Origin: a virus
Taxonomy: Duplodnaviria > Heunggongvirae > Uroviricota > Caudoviricetes
Length of the DNA: 64,000 nt
Virus record (IMG/VR): IMGVR_UViG_3300028805_000065
Location: 74,988-138,987 of that record
Reading direction: 5' to 3' (one strand)
Under the pieces are notes generated by a model, which made no database searches, was not told where the DNA came from, and saw nothing but the letters and a program-made list of their open reading frames with translations. Below are positions 30,751-39,580 of this stretch, in pieces (the first letter of the stretch is position 1; the number at the start of each line of letters is the position of its first letter). Both the position numbers and the translations under genes were made by a program.

Positions 30751-30845
30751 TTGAAGTGGTAGTAGTCGGGGGCTTCCGCCAGTCGGGGGCTTCCGCCAGT
30801 CGGGGGCTTCCGCCAGTCGGGGGCTTCCGCCAGTCGGGGGCTTCC
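30744..30845. repeat. 17-bp tandem repeat AGTCGGGGGCTTCCGCC, 5 perfect plus 1 degenerate copy
   Basis: Perfect head-to-tail copies from 30744 to 30828 and a degenerate sixth (AGTCGTGGGCTTCCGAC); the track ORF 30756-31091 merely translates the repeat. Confidence 0.8.
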
Positions 30846-31136
30846 GCCAGTCGTGGGCTTCCGACTCTATTTTTTTGCCTTTATAGGTACAAACACATTC
30901 AAAAACGCATTTCCAGACAATCGAAAAATGTGATATTTAAAGGCTTTTTTGACGTTTTAAAAGTGCGCTTTTTGTCGTGTTCCTTCTATATAATCCGAAA
31001 ATGGTATTGTGCAAAATATACAAATAAGATTGTGCAATATTACTACTTGAAATACCCTTTAATCGGAGGTATGATACGTACTGTCAGATGACGAAAGCCA
31101 CTGACACGGTAGCAGATAACTTTTTTGAAAAAGGTG

Positions 31137-31165
31137 TTGACACACCTAACAAGGTGTGGTAGGAT
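31137..31165 (+). promoter_or_regulatory. sigma-70-type promoter (TTGACA, 17 nt, TAGGAT; TGn extended) with spacer inverted repeat CACACCT/AGGTGTG
   Basis: Consensus -35 and a 17-nt spacer; first promoter of the rightward block, 40 nt upstream of the 31205 gene. Confidence 0.5.
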
Positions 31166-31204
31166 ACAGTTACATCAAACAAGCCACTTTATAGGAGGTA
31201 CGAA

Positions 31205-32044
31205 ATGCCTAAATATTCAAGGGACGAGCGTAAAGCTTATTACGCTGAAAATCCGTATACCGTAGTAAAGGGTAGCAATGGCTTTGCTGCTGTTGACCCT
31301 AAAACAGTTCGAAATGACCGTCTTAATTTTTCCGATGGTAACGAAAAAGTCGGACGTGTCGGATGTTTCAACCTTCCCGTAGCATATAGTTGTGTGCATG
31401 ACTGTGAGTGCTATCTGAATGGTGACTGTTATGCGTGTGGCGGTTGCTACAATTTCGCCGACAATCAAGCGATGTATTCAGAGAATTTTGCATACATTGT
31501 ATCCCATAGCATTGATGATTTTGTCAATACCGTAGTAGATGAGATCTATTACCGTGGATGGGGTCTCTTTAGATGGTTCACATGTGGGGATATCCTCAGT
31601 GTATCCATGTTTGACGGCATGGTTCAAATTGCGAAAAGATGTCCCGCCATCACTTTTTGGTTCTATACCAAAAAGTATAGGATGGTTAACGCATGGGTAT
31701 CCGCTCACGGCGTTGACGCTCTCCCCGACAACTTAACAATCATTTTCAGTCACTGGCGTAATAGGGATGGATCTTTTTATCCCATGCCTAACCCCTACAA
31801 TTTCCCGACATCCGAGTTTATCCCTGTCGGACATGAGGAGGAGGCTAAATTTGTGACACATGTTTGCCCTTGCAGTGACCCCGATGTTGTCAGCACTTGC
31901 GAAACCTGTGAACATCCCTGTTTCAAGCTCAAAAGGGGCGAGAGCATGGCACTGTTAGAGCATTCCACAAAAGCCACAAAAGAGCGTGATAAGGCACTCA
32001 AACAGGCTAAAAAGGCGCTCAAAAAAGCGAAAAAGAGCGCATGA
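31205..32044 (+). CDS. Cys-rich protein (279 aa) with a lysine-rich C-terminal tail
   Basis: Clusters 'CVHDCECYLNGDCYACGGCY' and 'CPCSDPDVVSTCETCEHPC'; KKALKKAKKSA tail; first early gene next to the origin-like region. Confidence 0.45.
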   Translation: MPKYSRDERKAYYAENPYTVVKGSNGFAAVDPKTVRNDRLNFSDGNEKVGRVGCFNLPVAYSCVHDCECYLNGDCYACGGCYNFADNQAMYSENFAYIVSHSIDDFVNTVVDEIYYRGWGLFRWFTCGDILSVSMFDGMVQIAKRCPAITFWFYTKKYRMVNAWVSAHGVDALPDNLTIIFSHWRNRDGSFYPMPNPYNFPTSEFIPVGHEEEAKFVTHVCPCSDPDVVSTCETCEHPCFKLKRGESMALLEHSTKATKERDKALKQAKKALKKAKKSA

Positions 32045-32201
32045 CATAACAGGCAATGCATGGTTGCATATAGGCTTATGGTCTATAGGTGGTTCGATTC
32101 CACCAACTGCCATTCTCTGTTAGGGGCTGACGCCTGACGGTGCGGTTTCTGACATGAAACGACACACTATAACTATACCCAAATAACAAGTGAGGTGCAA
32201 T

Positions 32202-32363
32202 ATGAGATGGTATACTATTTTAGATGACTTTCAAGACAATGGAGATGGTGCGGAAGAATGGGATGATGCCGTGCGTGGTGCAAACGCAATAGGCTCAAAC
32301 GTCATTATCGATGACATGAACCATGTATATTACAGAGTTGGCGATAATTGGGTAGAATTCTAA
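32202..32363 (+). CDS. small acidic protein (53 aa)
   Basis: ATG preceded by GAGGTG; not in the ORF track (below 60 aa). Confidence 0.3.
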   Translation: MRWYTILDDFQDNGDGAEEWDDAVRGANAIGSNVIIDDMNHVYYRVGDNWVEF

Positions 32364-32533
32364 AAGGGGTAAAATATGGCATACGTTGATTTTGTCAGAC
32401 ATGACGGAGAGAAGCAATTCTGCAAAAAGTGGTAAAAGAGAAAAGGGGTGATAGATTATCTAAGCCCCCCGGCGGAGGTCGAGAGGCTTAGGTGATACCA
32501 TCAACCACACAACAGGAAAGAGAGGAAAAGGAA

Positions 32534-32734
32534 ATGAGAACGGATTTTTATCAGCATGTTTATGATGTAGTGGAAGATGCACTGACGGAAGCGCTCATTA
32601 AATTGCAGACGGAAAATGGAATCACTGACGGCGGATGTGATCCGCTTGTATCTCATCAGTATGATGAGGCACTGGAAGACATGGCGGAAGCGGTCAGACT
32701 GGTTATCGAGAATCAGAGAGGTGGAAAGAGATGA
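32534..32734 (+). CDS. small acidic protein (66 aa)
   Basis: ATG with an AGAGGAAAAGG RBS; the track ORF starts at an upstream GTG. Confidence 0.35.
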   Translation: MRTDFYQHVYDVVEDALTEALIKLQTENGITDGGCDPLVSHQYDEALEDMAEAVRLVIENQRGGKR

Positions 32735-33054
32735 TGAGGAAAGCACTGATAGGAATCGGAATGACGGCACTTGTTGCCGTCTCAGGAATCAGAGTAGGTT
32801 CTGCGGAAGTAGAACCGAATCTGTACCCCACAGTGGGGTATGTGACGGAAGTAGACACGGAATCGGATACCGTCACATGGAACGACGGATGGAACGACTG
32901 GACGTTCTACGGAGTGGAAGACTGGATGGTTGGCGATGGAATCGCCGTCATCATGTCGGACGAGGGAACGGAATCTGTCAAGGATGACAGAATGGTGGAA
33001 GCTAGATACTGGAATCCCGATACGGTCACGTTGGGATACTGGGGGGAAAAATAA
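32731..33054 (+). CDS. small secreted protein (107 aa) with an N-terminal signal peptide
   Basis: 'MMRKALIGIGMTALVAVSGIRVGSAE' is signal-peptide-like; ATGA overlap with the upstream gene. Confidence 0.45.
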   Translation: MMRKALIGIGMTALVAVSGIRVGSAEVEPNLYPTVGYVTEVDTESDTVTWNDGWNDWTFYGVEDWMVGDGIAVIMSDEGTESVKDDRMVEARYWNPDTVTLGYWGEK

Positions 33055-33057
33055 TTG

Positions 33058-33086
33058 TTGACAAGCCACTGGAACGGTGGTAAGAT
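33058..33086 (+). promoter_or_regulatory. sigma-70-type promoter (TTGACA, 17 nt, TAAGAT) with spacer inverted repeat CCAC...GTGG
   Basis: Same architecture as the other early promoters; variant spacer sequence CCACTGGAACGGTGG shared with 33903. Confidence 0.45.
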
Positions 33087-33131
33087 AAAGAGGAATCAAA
33101 GGTAAGTGCTACCTAGAATGGAGGAATCAAA

Positions 33132-33326
33132 ATGACACTTAAGGAATTAAAGAGGGGCGATATGTTCACACTGAAAGATATTGAATTCCCTAGGGAATCG
33201 CAAGTTTACATCAGAGGGGAATACGACAGGGGAAGCAAGACGTACTCTTGCATCAAGTGGAATGATGTGAACAAAGAGATCTTCCGCAAGGGAACGACAA
33301 AAGTTTATACGGAATTCACGTTCTAA
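33132..33326 (+). CDS. hypothetical protein (64 aa)
   Basis: ORF with a GGAGGAA RBS. Confidence 0.4.
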   Translation: MTLKELKRGDMFTLKDIEFPRESQVYIRGEYDRGSKTYSCIKWNDVNKEIFRKGTTKVYTEFTF

Positions 33327-33438
33327 CTTGTCGATTGATGAGCGCTCACTACGGAATTGAGATGGTAGGGGGCGCTGATGAGCCGACAGGCTGACGGAAA
33401 CAAGAAACCCAACAACAAGAGGAAGAGGAAGCGGAATT

Positions 33439-33822
33439 ATGAAAGTTAAACTGGAAGACGGATACAGAGGAAAGTATACACTGGATGACCTCGACATGGC
33501 AAAAGCCGTGATCACTGCGGAAAAAGAGGACGAGCTATCCGCCAAGGAATGGGCAGAATACGCAGTCAAAGAGGCTCTGAGGAACGAGGATGGATACCCT
33601 GTAGAAGTCCTAAAAGCGGAAGCAAGGACAGCAAGGAACTGCCGTATCAATTGGAATCGATATGGAGAGGGGACAGGAATGATGGATGTATGGATTTCCT
33701 TTGTTGCGGAAACAACAGAGGGGTTCATCAAAGGCGGAGCGTATCTGTCCGACATATGGGATACAGGAAGCACGGAATATAAACAGCATATGTACATCAG
33801 ATGGGCGGACTGGACTGACTGA
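33439..33822 (+). CDS. hypothetical protein (127 aa)
   Basis: ORF with the leader motif AACCCAACAACAAGAGGAAG upstream. Confidence 0.45.
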   Translation: MKVKLEDGYRGKYTLDDLDMAKAVITAEKEDELSAKEWAEYAVKEALRNEDGYPVEVLKAEARTARNCRINWNRYGEGTGMMDVWISFVAETTEGFIKGGAYLSDIWDTGSTEYKQHMYIRWADWTD

Positions 33823-33902
33823 AGAGAATCGGATCAGCCCTCTAGGGAATCAGCTTAGAGGGCTGAACGGAATAACGACAGAACCTGGTCTAAAATTCGT
33901 TC

Positions 33903-33931
33903 TTGACATACCACTGGAACGGTGGTAAGAT
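33903..33931 (+). promoter_or_regulatory. sigma-70-type promoter (TTGACA, 17 nt, TAAGAT) with CCACTGGAACGGTGG in the spacer
   Basis: Near-duplicate of the 33058 promoter. Confidence 0.45.
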
Positions 33932-33974
33932 GAAGAGGAAGTAAAGGGAAGCACCACTAAAAGGGGGCAGAATT

Positions 33975-34145
33975 ATGATGACAATCTACACATTCGAAAC
34001 GGTTGCAGATAATTGGAGTGACTACGGAAGCACACACTTCAACGTCATCGCTTCATCGGAACGAGAGGCTTGGAAAAAAGCCTGTGAAATTGAACACAGG
34101 GAGAACATCATCGGAATCATCCGATACAGGGTGATTGGGTTCTAA
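33975..34145 (+). CDS. small protein (56 aa)
   Basis: ATG after a GGGGGCAG RBS; below the track threshold. Confidence 0.3.
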   Translation: MMTIYTFETVADNWSDYGSTHFNVIASSEREAWKKACEIEHRENIIGIIRYRVIGF

Positions 34146-34161
34146 TGGAAAGGAGAATGGA

Positions 34162-34476
34162 ATGTACATCGTATATCACGGATGGATTGATGGAGAGCCT
34201 GTAGGGGAATTCAGAACGGTGAAAAGTGCGGTCAAATATATAGAGTCACAGGAATACCCCGAGGAATACTGCTTTGAGAAGAAAACCCACCGCAACAACG
34301 TTTTGCGTGGAATGGAAACTGGAAAAATGTGCATTTGTGAATACTGCTATAACGAATTAAGAAGCAGAGGGGAACGAGTCAAAATCATCGACAGATATGC
34401 AGTGGACATCTCAGAGGAACGGAGATGTGATCTCTGCGAGGAAGTAGATGACCTGATGGAAGTGGAAACGAGGTGA
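34162..34476 (+). CDS. zinc-ribbon protein (104 aa)
   Basis: 'CICEYCYNE...CDLCEE' double CxxC; start set at the ATG after AAGGAG. Confidence 0.4.
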   Translation: MYIVYHGWIDGEPVGEFRTVKSAVKYIESQEYPEEYCFEKKTHRNNVLRGMETGKMCICEYCYNELRSRGERVKIIDRYAVDISEERRCDLCEEVDDLMEVETR

Positions 34477-34571
34477 TGCATCAGCTTCAGCATTTCGATA
34501 GGAATCGGAGTGCTGAGACAGGGATATCACCCGGAACGGAAACCCAATAACAAGAGGAAGAGAGGAACAAG

Positions 34572-34814
34572 ATGGAAGTAAAGGTAAAAGATTTTATGCG
34601 CTTATGCGGAATAAAAGAAGAAAAGGTCATGTTCTATGAATGTGACACGATGGAAACAATCATCGTCCCTGTGGCTGATCTGTTCGACATCGTCAGACTT
34701 CCGCACACGGACATCTACAACGTCAGAGCGGAATACGCCGACATCATGGAAGCGGAAATTGCTTCTTGGGAATATGATGAGAGCGGAATCCTTTGCATCT
34801 TATATTTCACATGA
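34572..34814 (+). CDS. hypothetical protein (80 aa)
   Basis: ORF with the leader motif AACCCAATAACAAGAGGAAG upstream. Confidence 0.4.
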   Translation: MEVKVKDFMRLCGIKEEKVMFYECDTMETIIVPVADLFDIVRLPHTDIYNVRAEYADIMEAEIASWEYDESGILCILYFT

Positions 34815-34829
34815 CAGGGGGAACGAGGA

Positions 34830-35135
34830 ATGAGAAGAGAGTTTGCTACGGCAGATGGAAGTTACGAGGGAAGACTGGTTGTTTATAGGTTGGAATTCTT
34901 CTATATCGCTACAAAGGAAAAGGTAATAGCCGATGAGTGGGAAGTCGAAGACTGGAGATATCCCGAACTGACGGCGGTCGATTGCATGGTGTCCGATGGA
35001 TATGACTTTGAACAGTCGGATCTGGACAGCGGAATTATTGTGACGCTGTTCATTGAGGAAAAGCCTGTAAGCTGTGTCGTATGGCACGGATACGGAATGG
35101 AAAACATTGATGAGATTTTTGAGGTGGAAAGATGA
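34830..35135 (+). CDS. hypothetical protein (101 aa)
   Basis: ORF with RBS. Confidence 0.4.
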   Translation: MRREFATADGSYEGRLVVYRLEFFYIATKEKVIADEWEVEDWRYPELTAVDCMVSDGYDFEQSDLDSGIIVTLFIEEKPVSCVVWHGYGMENIDEIFEVER

Positions 35136-35449
35136 GATTGGAAGTGTTTGAAAACTATCATTATGGGATGGAGCTGGCTGTGTTTAGCGGAAGCGATGTA
35201 GTCGCAATCCTTTATACTTTTGAGGAAAACGACATCAACAATGCAATCAATGAACTTGCGGAAAACAACATGGCGTATCTTGGGTGGAATGATTACTGCT
35301 ATCACACGGAGAATGTGGTGGAAGCAACAATCGAAAAGTATGATGATGACGGAAACCCTGTCGATATCACGGAGCATCCGTGGACTCTTCAAGAGTTGTA
35401 CGATGACTTGTGGGAATATTCGGAACTAATAAAGGAAGTTTATATATAA
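35132..35449 (+). CDS. hypothetical acidic protein (105 aa)
   Basis: ATGA-coupled ORF. Confidence 0.4.
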   Translation: MRLEVFENYHYGMELAVFSGSDVVAILYTFEENDINNAINELAENNMAYLGWNDYCYHTENVVEATIEKYDDDGNPVDITEHPWTLQELYDDLWEYSELIKEVYI

Positions 35450-35472
35450 GTAATATCTGATTGGAGAGTGCA

Positions 35473-35844
35473 ATGTACGGAGTTAGAAGCTTTTACAAGG
35501 GAAAGATGACAGAGAAGTGGTATGATTCGGAAAGTGATGCAAGGTCAGAGGAATCTGAGATGGATGGAAACGTCTTTCTGTTGCGTGGAAATAGCGGAGC
35601 TTTTGACGTAATCGACACCTTAAAGGAATGCCGTTTTGTGGTAGGAAAAGAATATGCATTCCGTCAGTATGGAGTCGGAGATGTTGGCAGAGCAAGACTG
35701 ATCACTCTACAGGGTGACGATGCCTATATCAACGTGACGGAAGCCAGTGACGAAGCCCTGATAGGGTGGAAGCGTGGCAAGCTGATAGGCGGAACGATTG
35801 CAAGTAAGAGAGGGCTTGTACTGTACGCAAGTAACCCGGTTTGA
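35473..35844 (+). CDS. hypothetical protein (123 aa)
   Basis: ATG after a GGAGAG RBS (the track begins at an upstream TTG). Confidence 0.4.
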   Translation: MYGVRSFYKGKMTEKWYDSESDARSEESEMDGNVFLLRGNSGAFDVIDTLKECRFVVGKEYAFRQYGVGDVGRARLITLQGDDAYINVTEASDEALIGWKRGKLIGGTIASKRGLVLYASNPV

Positions 35845-35866
35845 TGGAAAGATATGAGGTGACAAA

Positions 35867-36058
35867 ATGAACATGACTGTATTGGAAATCATCGAGGTTT
35901 TTGAGGACTTTTTGAAAGACAGGGGAATTAGAATCCCCACATCCGATGTAGAGATGGAAGCGGATGACGCTTTAGAGGGGAACGATGCCCTTATTTACGG
36001 AAGCGATTTCTGCGAGTTAGAGGAAGCAATCAGCAGTTGTTTGGAGATAAGGGGGTAA
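35867..36058 (+). CDS. small acidic protein (63 aa)
   Basis: ORF. Confidence 0.35.
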   Translation: MNMTVLEIIEVFEDFLKDRGIRIPTSDVEMEADDALEGNDALIYGSDFCELEEAISSCLEIRG

Positions 36059-36064
36059 TAGAAT

Positions 36065-36205
36065 ATGAGGCAGATCAGCGTATACGATACGGAAGCGGAA
36101 GCCATTGAGCGCATCTGCGAAGACAATGATGTAACTGAAGCGGAACTGATTGAGGAACTGATGGATTACATCGAAGACGTAAAGGCTTTTCATAGTTGGA
36201 AATAA
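36065..36205 (+). CDS. small acidic protein (46 aa)
   Basis: ATG after an AGGGGG RBS; frame verified codon by codon. Confidence 0.3.
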   Translation: MRQISVYDTEAEAIERICEDNDVTEAELIEELMDYIEDVKAFHSWK

Positions 36206-36229
36206 AACCTGGATTTGTGTAAAAAAGTG

Positions 36230-36258
36230 TTGACAATCCACCTAATAGGTGGTATCAT
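36230..36258 (+). promoter_or_regulatory. consensus early promoter TTGACA-N17-TATCAT (TGg extended -10) with a CCACCTAATAGGTGG operator-like inverted repeat
   Basis: Member of the repeated promoter family; conserved leader ATTAAAGAGAAGTAAGGAACTG follows. Confidence 0.6.
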
Positions 36259-36324
36259 TAAAGAGAAGTAAGGAACTGACTCCGAATAGCATGGAGTCAA
36301 CCCAAATAATGAGAGGAGACTGAT

Positions 36325-36486
36325 ATGGGATACCTTTATGAGAAACAGGATTTTCACGGTTGGACGGAAGACAAAGCATGGGTAACGAAAGATGGAAGAG
36401 TGGAATTCGATGACGGATCTGTTATGGAATTCGCAACGGTCGATGAGGCAGAGGACTGGCTTTACGAGAGGGGATATAGAATATGA
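36325..36486 (+). CDS. small protein (53 aa)
   Basis: ATG after a GAGAGGAG RBS; ATGA overlap with the next gene. Confidence 0.35.
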   Translation: MGYLYEKQDFHGWTEDKAWVTKDGRVEFDDGSVMEFATVDEAEDWLYERGYRI

Positions 36487-36785
36487 GGTATTATAAGGTT
36501 TATAGGAAGTGTTGCAGAGTGGCAAAAAGCGTAGAGGAACTCTCGTGGGAAGAGTTTGACCAGTCCGTCTGGAATGAGGCGTGGGAAGATGCTTACGTCA
36601 CTACGGAGCAGAGAGATGACGAGGAAGACGATGAGTGGCTTGACAAGGTGGAAAGCCGTGCCACAAGTGTACTTGACAAATACTTTGAACAGGCAGAAAC
36701 GGAGAGCGGACTTTGTGCCGGAGATTTCTATCTATACGTAAGGGGTGATGATACGCATCCGTGGGATATGAAAAGACCTGATTAA
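36483..36785 (+). CDS. hypothetical acidic protein (100 aa)
   Basis: ORF. Confidence 0.4.
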   Translation: MRYYKVYRKCCRVAKSVEELSWEEFDQSVWNEAWEDAYVTTEQRDDEEDDEWLDKVESRATSVLDKYFEQAETESGLCAGDFYLYVRGDDTHPWDMKRPD

Positions 36786-36800
36786 AAAGCAAAAAAACTG

Positions 36801-36829
36801 TTGACATGCCACTTAATAGGTGGTATCAT
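36801..36829 (+). promoter_or_regulatory. consensus early promoter TTGACA-N17-TATCAT with a CCACTTAATAGGTGG inverted repeat
   Basis: Same family; leader ATATAAGAGAAGTAAGGAACTG. Confidence 0.6.
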
Positions 36830-36951
36830 ATAAGAGAAGTAAGGAACTGGTATCACTGATTGAGTGCTTCAGCCTTGAGGAAGTTGAAGCACTGAGACGG
36901 GGAATCAGCCCTACAGAAACAACAAACCCAATAACAAGAGGAGATCTGAAA

Positions 36952-37308
36952 ATGAAAGCTTACAAATTACTTCGGAAACTTAATGACGGGAAACTCCATC
37001 CACTTTTTATTAATAAAAGGGAAGCGACACCAATCGGAGTGTGGATGAAAGCCGAGTGTTACCCTACAAAAGGATTTGCAGTCCGTCAAGGCTGGCACTG
37101 CTGTTTTACACCGATTGCTCCGCATCTTAAAACAAAGCTTGCCAATGGCGAAGAGCGTGTATGGGTTGAGTGCGAGGTAGAGGATTGGAAGTCCTATGAC
37201 AGACCTGAGTCACAGGGCGGTGCGTGGATTCTTGCACAAAGAATGAAAGTTAATAGGGAATTGACTGCTGAAGAGGTCGATGAAATCATTAGTGCAAAGA
37301 GGGGGTGA
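36952..37308 (+). CDS. hypothetical protein (118 aa)
   Basis: ATG after AAACCCAATAACAAGAGGAG; the track ORF starts upstream without an RBS. Confidence 0.45.
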   Translation: MKAYKLLRKLNDGKLHPLFINKREATPIGVWMKAECYPTKGFAVRQGWHCCFTPIAPHLKTKLANGEERVWVECEVEDWKSYDRPESQGGAWILAQRMKVNRELTAEEVDEIISAKRG

Positions 37309-37315
37309 TAACAGA

Positions 37316-37534
37316 ATGAGAATCGTTTATTTGTTTGACATCACATTTGAGTACAGGGATGAGTTTAAAGAACATTTTGGAGATGGAACTTTCGTTCACG
37401 GCTTCTACAGTAAGTCGGCTGATCCAAAGAACATCAGAGCCGTAGCAAACAGATACATGAAGAAGCATCACATCCCGGCACGAATCGTCAGTGTCGGAGA
37501 GCCACAGATGAAGCTTCAGGTTCGATGCAGATAG
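37316..37534 (+). CDS. small basic protein (72 aa)
   Basis: ATG after an AGAGGGGG RBS. Confidence 0.4.
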   Translation: MRIVYLFDITFEYRDEFKEHFGDGTFVHGFYSKSADPKNIRAVANRYMKKHHIPARIVSVGEPQMKLQVRCR

Positions 37535-37543
37535 GGGGTAAGC

Positions 37544-37843
37544 ATGAACAAATTGGAATTAAAGCGTAGTTTTCTTGAGCATATCGTGAGGGGATGCGGA
37601 GACTACAAAGGGCTTCATGCAACAATTAGAAAACACAAAGCAATATTCCGGGCATACGGCATAACAACATATCTTAATGAGGTTAATTTCGATACACAAG
37701 AAGTCATGTTGTGCGTGAAGAAATGCCTTGAGGATATGAGAGGAACAGACGATGATATCCACTGGGGTTACAATGACCCTGAACAGGGCGAGACTGGCGA
37801 GGATGGTGGAAAATACTATCTGTTTGTGGATACAGGAATTTAA
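37544..37843 (+). CDS. hypothetical protein (99 aa)
   Basis: ORF. Confidence 0.4.
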   Translation: MNKLELKRSFLEHIVRGCGDYKGLHATIRKHKAIFRAYGITTYLNEVNFDTQEVMLCVKKCLEDMRGTDDDIHWGYNDPEQGETGEDGGKYYLFVDTGI

Positions 37844-37853
37844 GGAGTAAAAC

Positions 37854-38210
37854 ATGGGATACGAGAGCAGATTATATGTAGTAAATAGATACAAGGCGAG
37901 TAACTGGAACGATTATGTGTTTGCAGAAAGAATCGCACAGTTTGACATGTGTTGTGTTGGATGGAATCCAGACAAAATCTTCACGACACCAATCGATTTT
38001 TATATCGGATACGATAAGAATGATGAGCCTATATATGATGATATGTATGGCAAGAGATGCGGAATGGCATCCGTAGCCGATGTGATCACTGCCATTGAGG
38101 CACTTGAGGAAAGAGAGCATTACAGGCGATTTAGTCCATTGCTAGGCTTTTTGAGGGGGCTTGACGAGTCAGAATGGGATGACTTGAGGGTAGTACATTT
38201 CGGATATTAA
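37854..38210 (+). CDS. hypothetical protein (118 aa)
   Basis: ORF with an AAGGAG RBS. Confidence 0.4.
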   Translation: MGYESRLYVVNRYKASNWNDYVFAERIAQFDMCCVGWNPDKIFTTPIDFYIGYDKNDEPIYDDMYGKRCGMASVADVITAIEALEEREHYRRFSPLLGFLRGLDESEWDDLRVVHFGY

Positions 38211-38233
38211 CCCAATAAAATATAAAAAAGGTG

Positions 38234-38262
38234 TTGACATACTACCTAATAGGTGGTATCAT
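38234..38262 (+). promoter_or_regulatory. consensus early promoter TTGACA-N17-TATCAT with a TACCTAATAGGTGG repeat
   Basis: Same family. Confidence 0.6.
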
Positions 38263-38419
38263 ATAAGAGAAGTCAAGAGTGGTTGACTTAAAGGGTAACT
38301 GATAAGCGGACTTGCGGAACAGATCCCAGTAACCGTGTACAAGGGCTGTGCTTCTACGGAAGATAACGGTACGGACGCAAGCGACCACTCAATAAAACCC
38401 AATAAAGAGAGGAGACGTT

Positions 38420-38911
38420 ATGACAACAAATGAGATGATTTACAAAACCATTTCAACAAAGCTTACAAAGACACCAAAGTATAAGGATGTATTAGAGGAT
38501 ATGGGCTTCCGTGTATACGATTCTGGTGACAGTGTATGCGGATGTTGGACGGTTGGACTGCCAGAGACAAATCGCATTGTCCTCTTCAGCAAAGGATACG
38601 ACAACAAAAAGAGGTTGTATGGTGGCTACGATGACAGCCCAATTCATACCACTAACCCTAAGATGGTTGATTATGTTGGGCTTCTGAAGTCTAAAAGGAT
38701 ACCGCTTAGAGAGAGGCAGGGTTTTAATGGTGGAAAGTACGCCGATATTAGGTGGGTCATTGGACTTGAGATGGACTCTGTTAGGCGTTACGAGTATGAA
38801 ATCGAGCGTTGTGAAAGAGCGATAGCAAGACATAAAGAAGATATCCGTGAGCATAAGCAGAGGGTGTCCGACATGATGGAAGAGGTAAGACGTAGCAGAC
38901 AGAAGATGTAA
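38420..38911 (+). CDS. hypothetical protein (163 aa) with a basic coiled-coil C-terminus
   Basis: ORF after the AAACCCAATAAAGAGAGGAG leader. Confidence 0.45.
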   Translation: MTTNEMIYKTISTKLTKTPKYKDVLEDMGFRVYDSGDSVCGCWTVGLPETNRIVLFSKGYDNKKRLYGGYDDSPIHTTNPKMVDYVGLLKSKRIPLRERQGFNGGKYADIRWVIGLEMDSVRRYEYEIERCERAIARHKEDIREHKQRVSDMMEEVRRSRQKM

Positions 38912-38939
38912 TTAAACCCAATAGCAAGAGGAGATAAAT

Positions 38940-39167
38940 ATGGAATATCTTTTAGAGGATCTGATAGAATTGGCGGTCTGTCAGGCACGACACGATTGGG
39001 AACAGATTAAGGGCATCGTAAAGTGGTGCGATGCCCACTATATGGAGATAAGCCTCGCAATAGTTGGGCTTCCCCTGTTGGCATTGATGATATTAGAGGT
39101 AATCTGTTGGGTGATGCTTAGAGAGCAGAATGCACAACTGGCAGAACTGGCGGTCAAGTTTAGATAA
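38940..39167 (+). CDS. small membrane protein (75 aa)
   Basis: One transmembrane helix (ISLAIVGLPLLALMILEVICWVML). Confidence 0.4.
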   Translation: MEYLLEDLIELAVCQARHDWEQIKGIVKWCDAHYMEISLAIVGLPLLALMILEVICWVMLREQNAQLAELAVKFR

Positions 39168-39177
39168 GGAGAATAAA

Positions 39178-39510
39178 ATGACAGATAAGGAAAGATATGA
39201 GGTTCTTGTACAGGGAAAAATGTACGGTGAGATGAGCGAAGAAGAACTGGACATTTGTGACGAATATGAATGTGATTTGCTCATAAAGGGAATCGCCAAA
39301 TTGAGAGAACAGGGTGTCGAAGATTACAAAATCAGCGCATATCTCCACGATTTGTATAATGATTACCTTGTGAACAACGATATATATATTGCCGACCAAG
39401 CCGGGATTTCCGATGAGGATTACTGCAAAGGGTTATGTTACTGGCGGTTTGAAATGGAAGAGGACAATCCATTATCTGAATATACTTATCAGAATGACGG
39501 ACTTGTTTGA
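39178..39510 (+). CDS. hypothetical acidic protein (110 aa)
   Basis: ATG after an AAGGAG RBS. Confidence 0.4.
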   Translation: MTDKERYEVLVQGKMYGEMSEEELDICDEYECDLLIKGIAKLREQGVEDYKISAYLHDLYNDYLVNNDIYIADQAGISDEDYCKGLCYWRFEMEEDNPLSEYTYQNDGLV

Positions 39511-39580
39511 ATCCGTTGGAGTCGAATAGAACAGATACGATGAGGACGAAGCTGAAGTCAGAGACTGTGAAGGAGATACA

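Noticed and set aside
30744-30845. Tandem 17-mer array considered as a possible CRISPR array
   Set aside because: Repeats are directly adjacent with no spacers, and no cas genes are present. It is a simple tandem repeat or binding array.
30756-31091. ORF of 111 aa with the internal repeat VGGFRQSGASASRGLP
   Set aside because: It is simply the translation of the 17-bp tandem DNA repeat (17 is not a multiple of 3, so the peptide repeat arises from frame cycling). No RBS. It lies in the non-coding control region.
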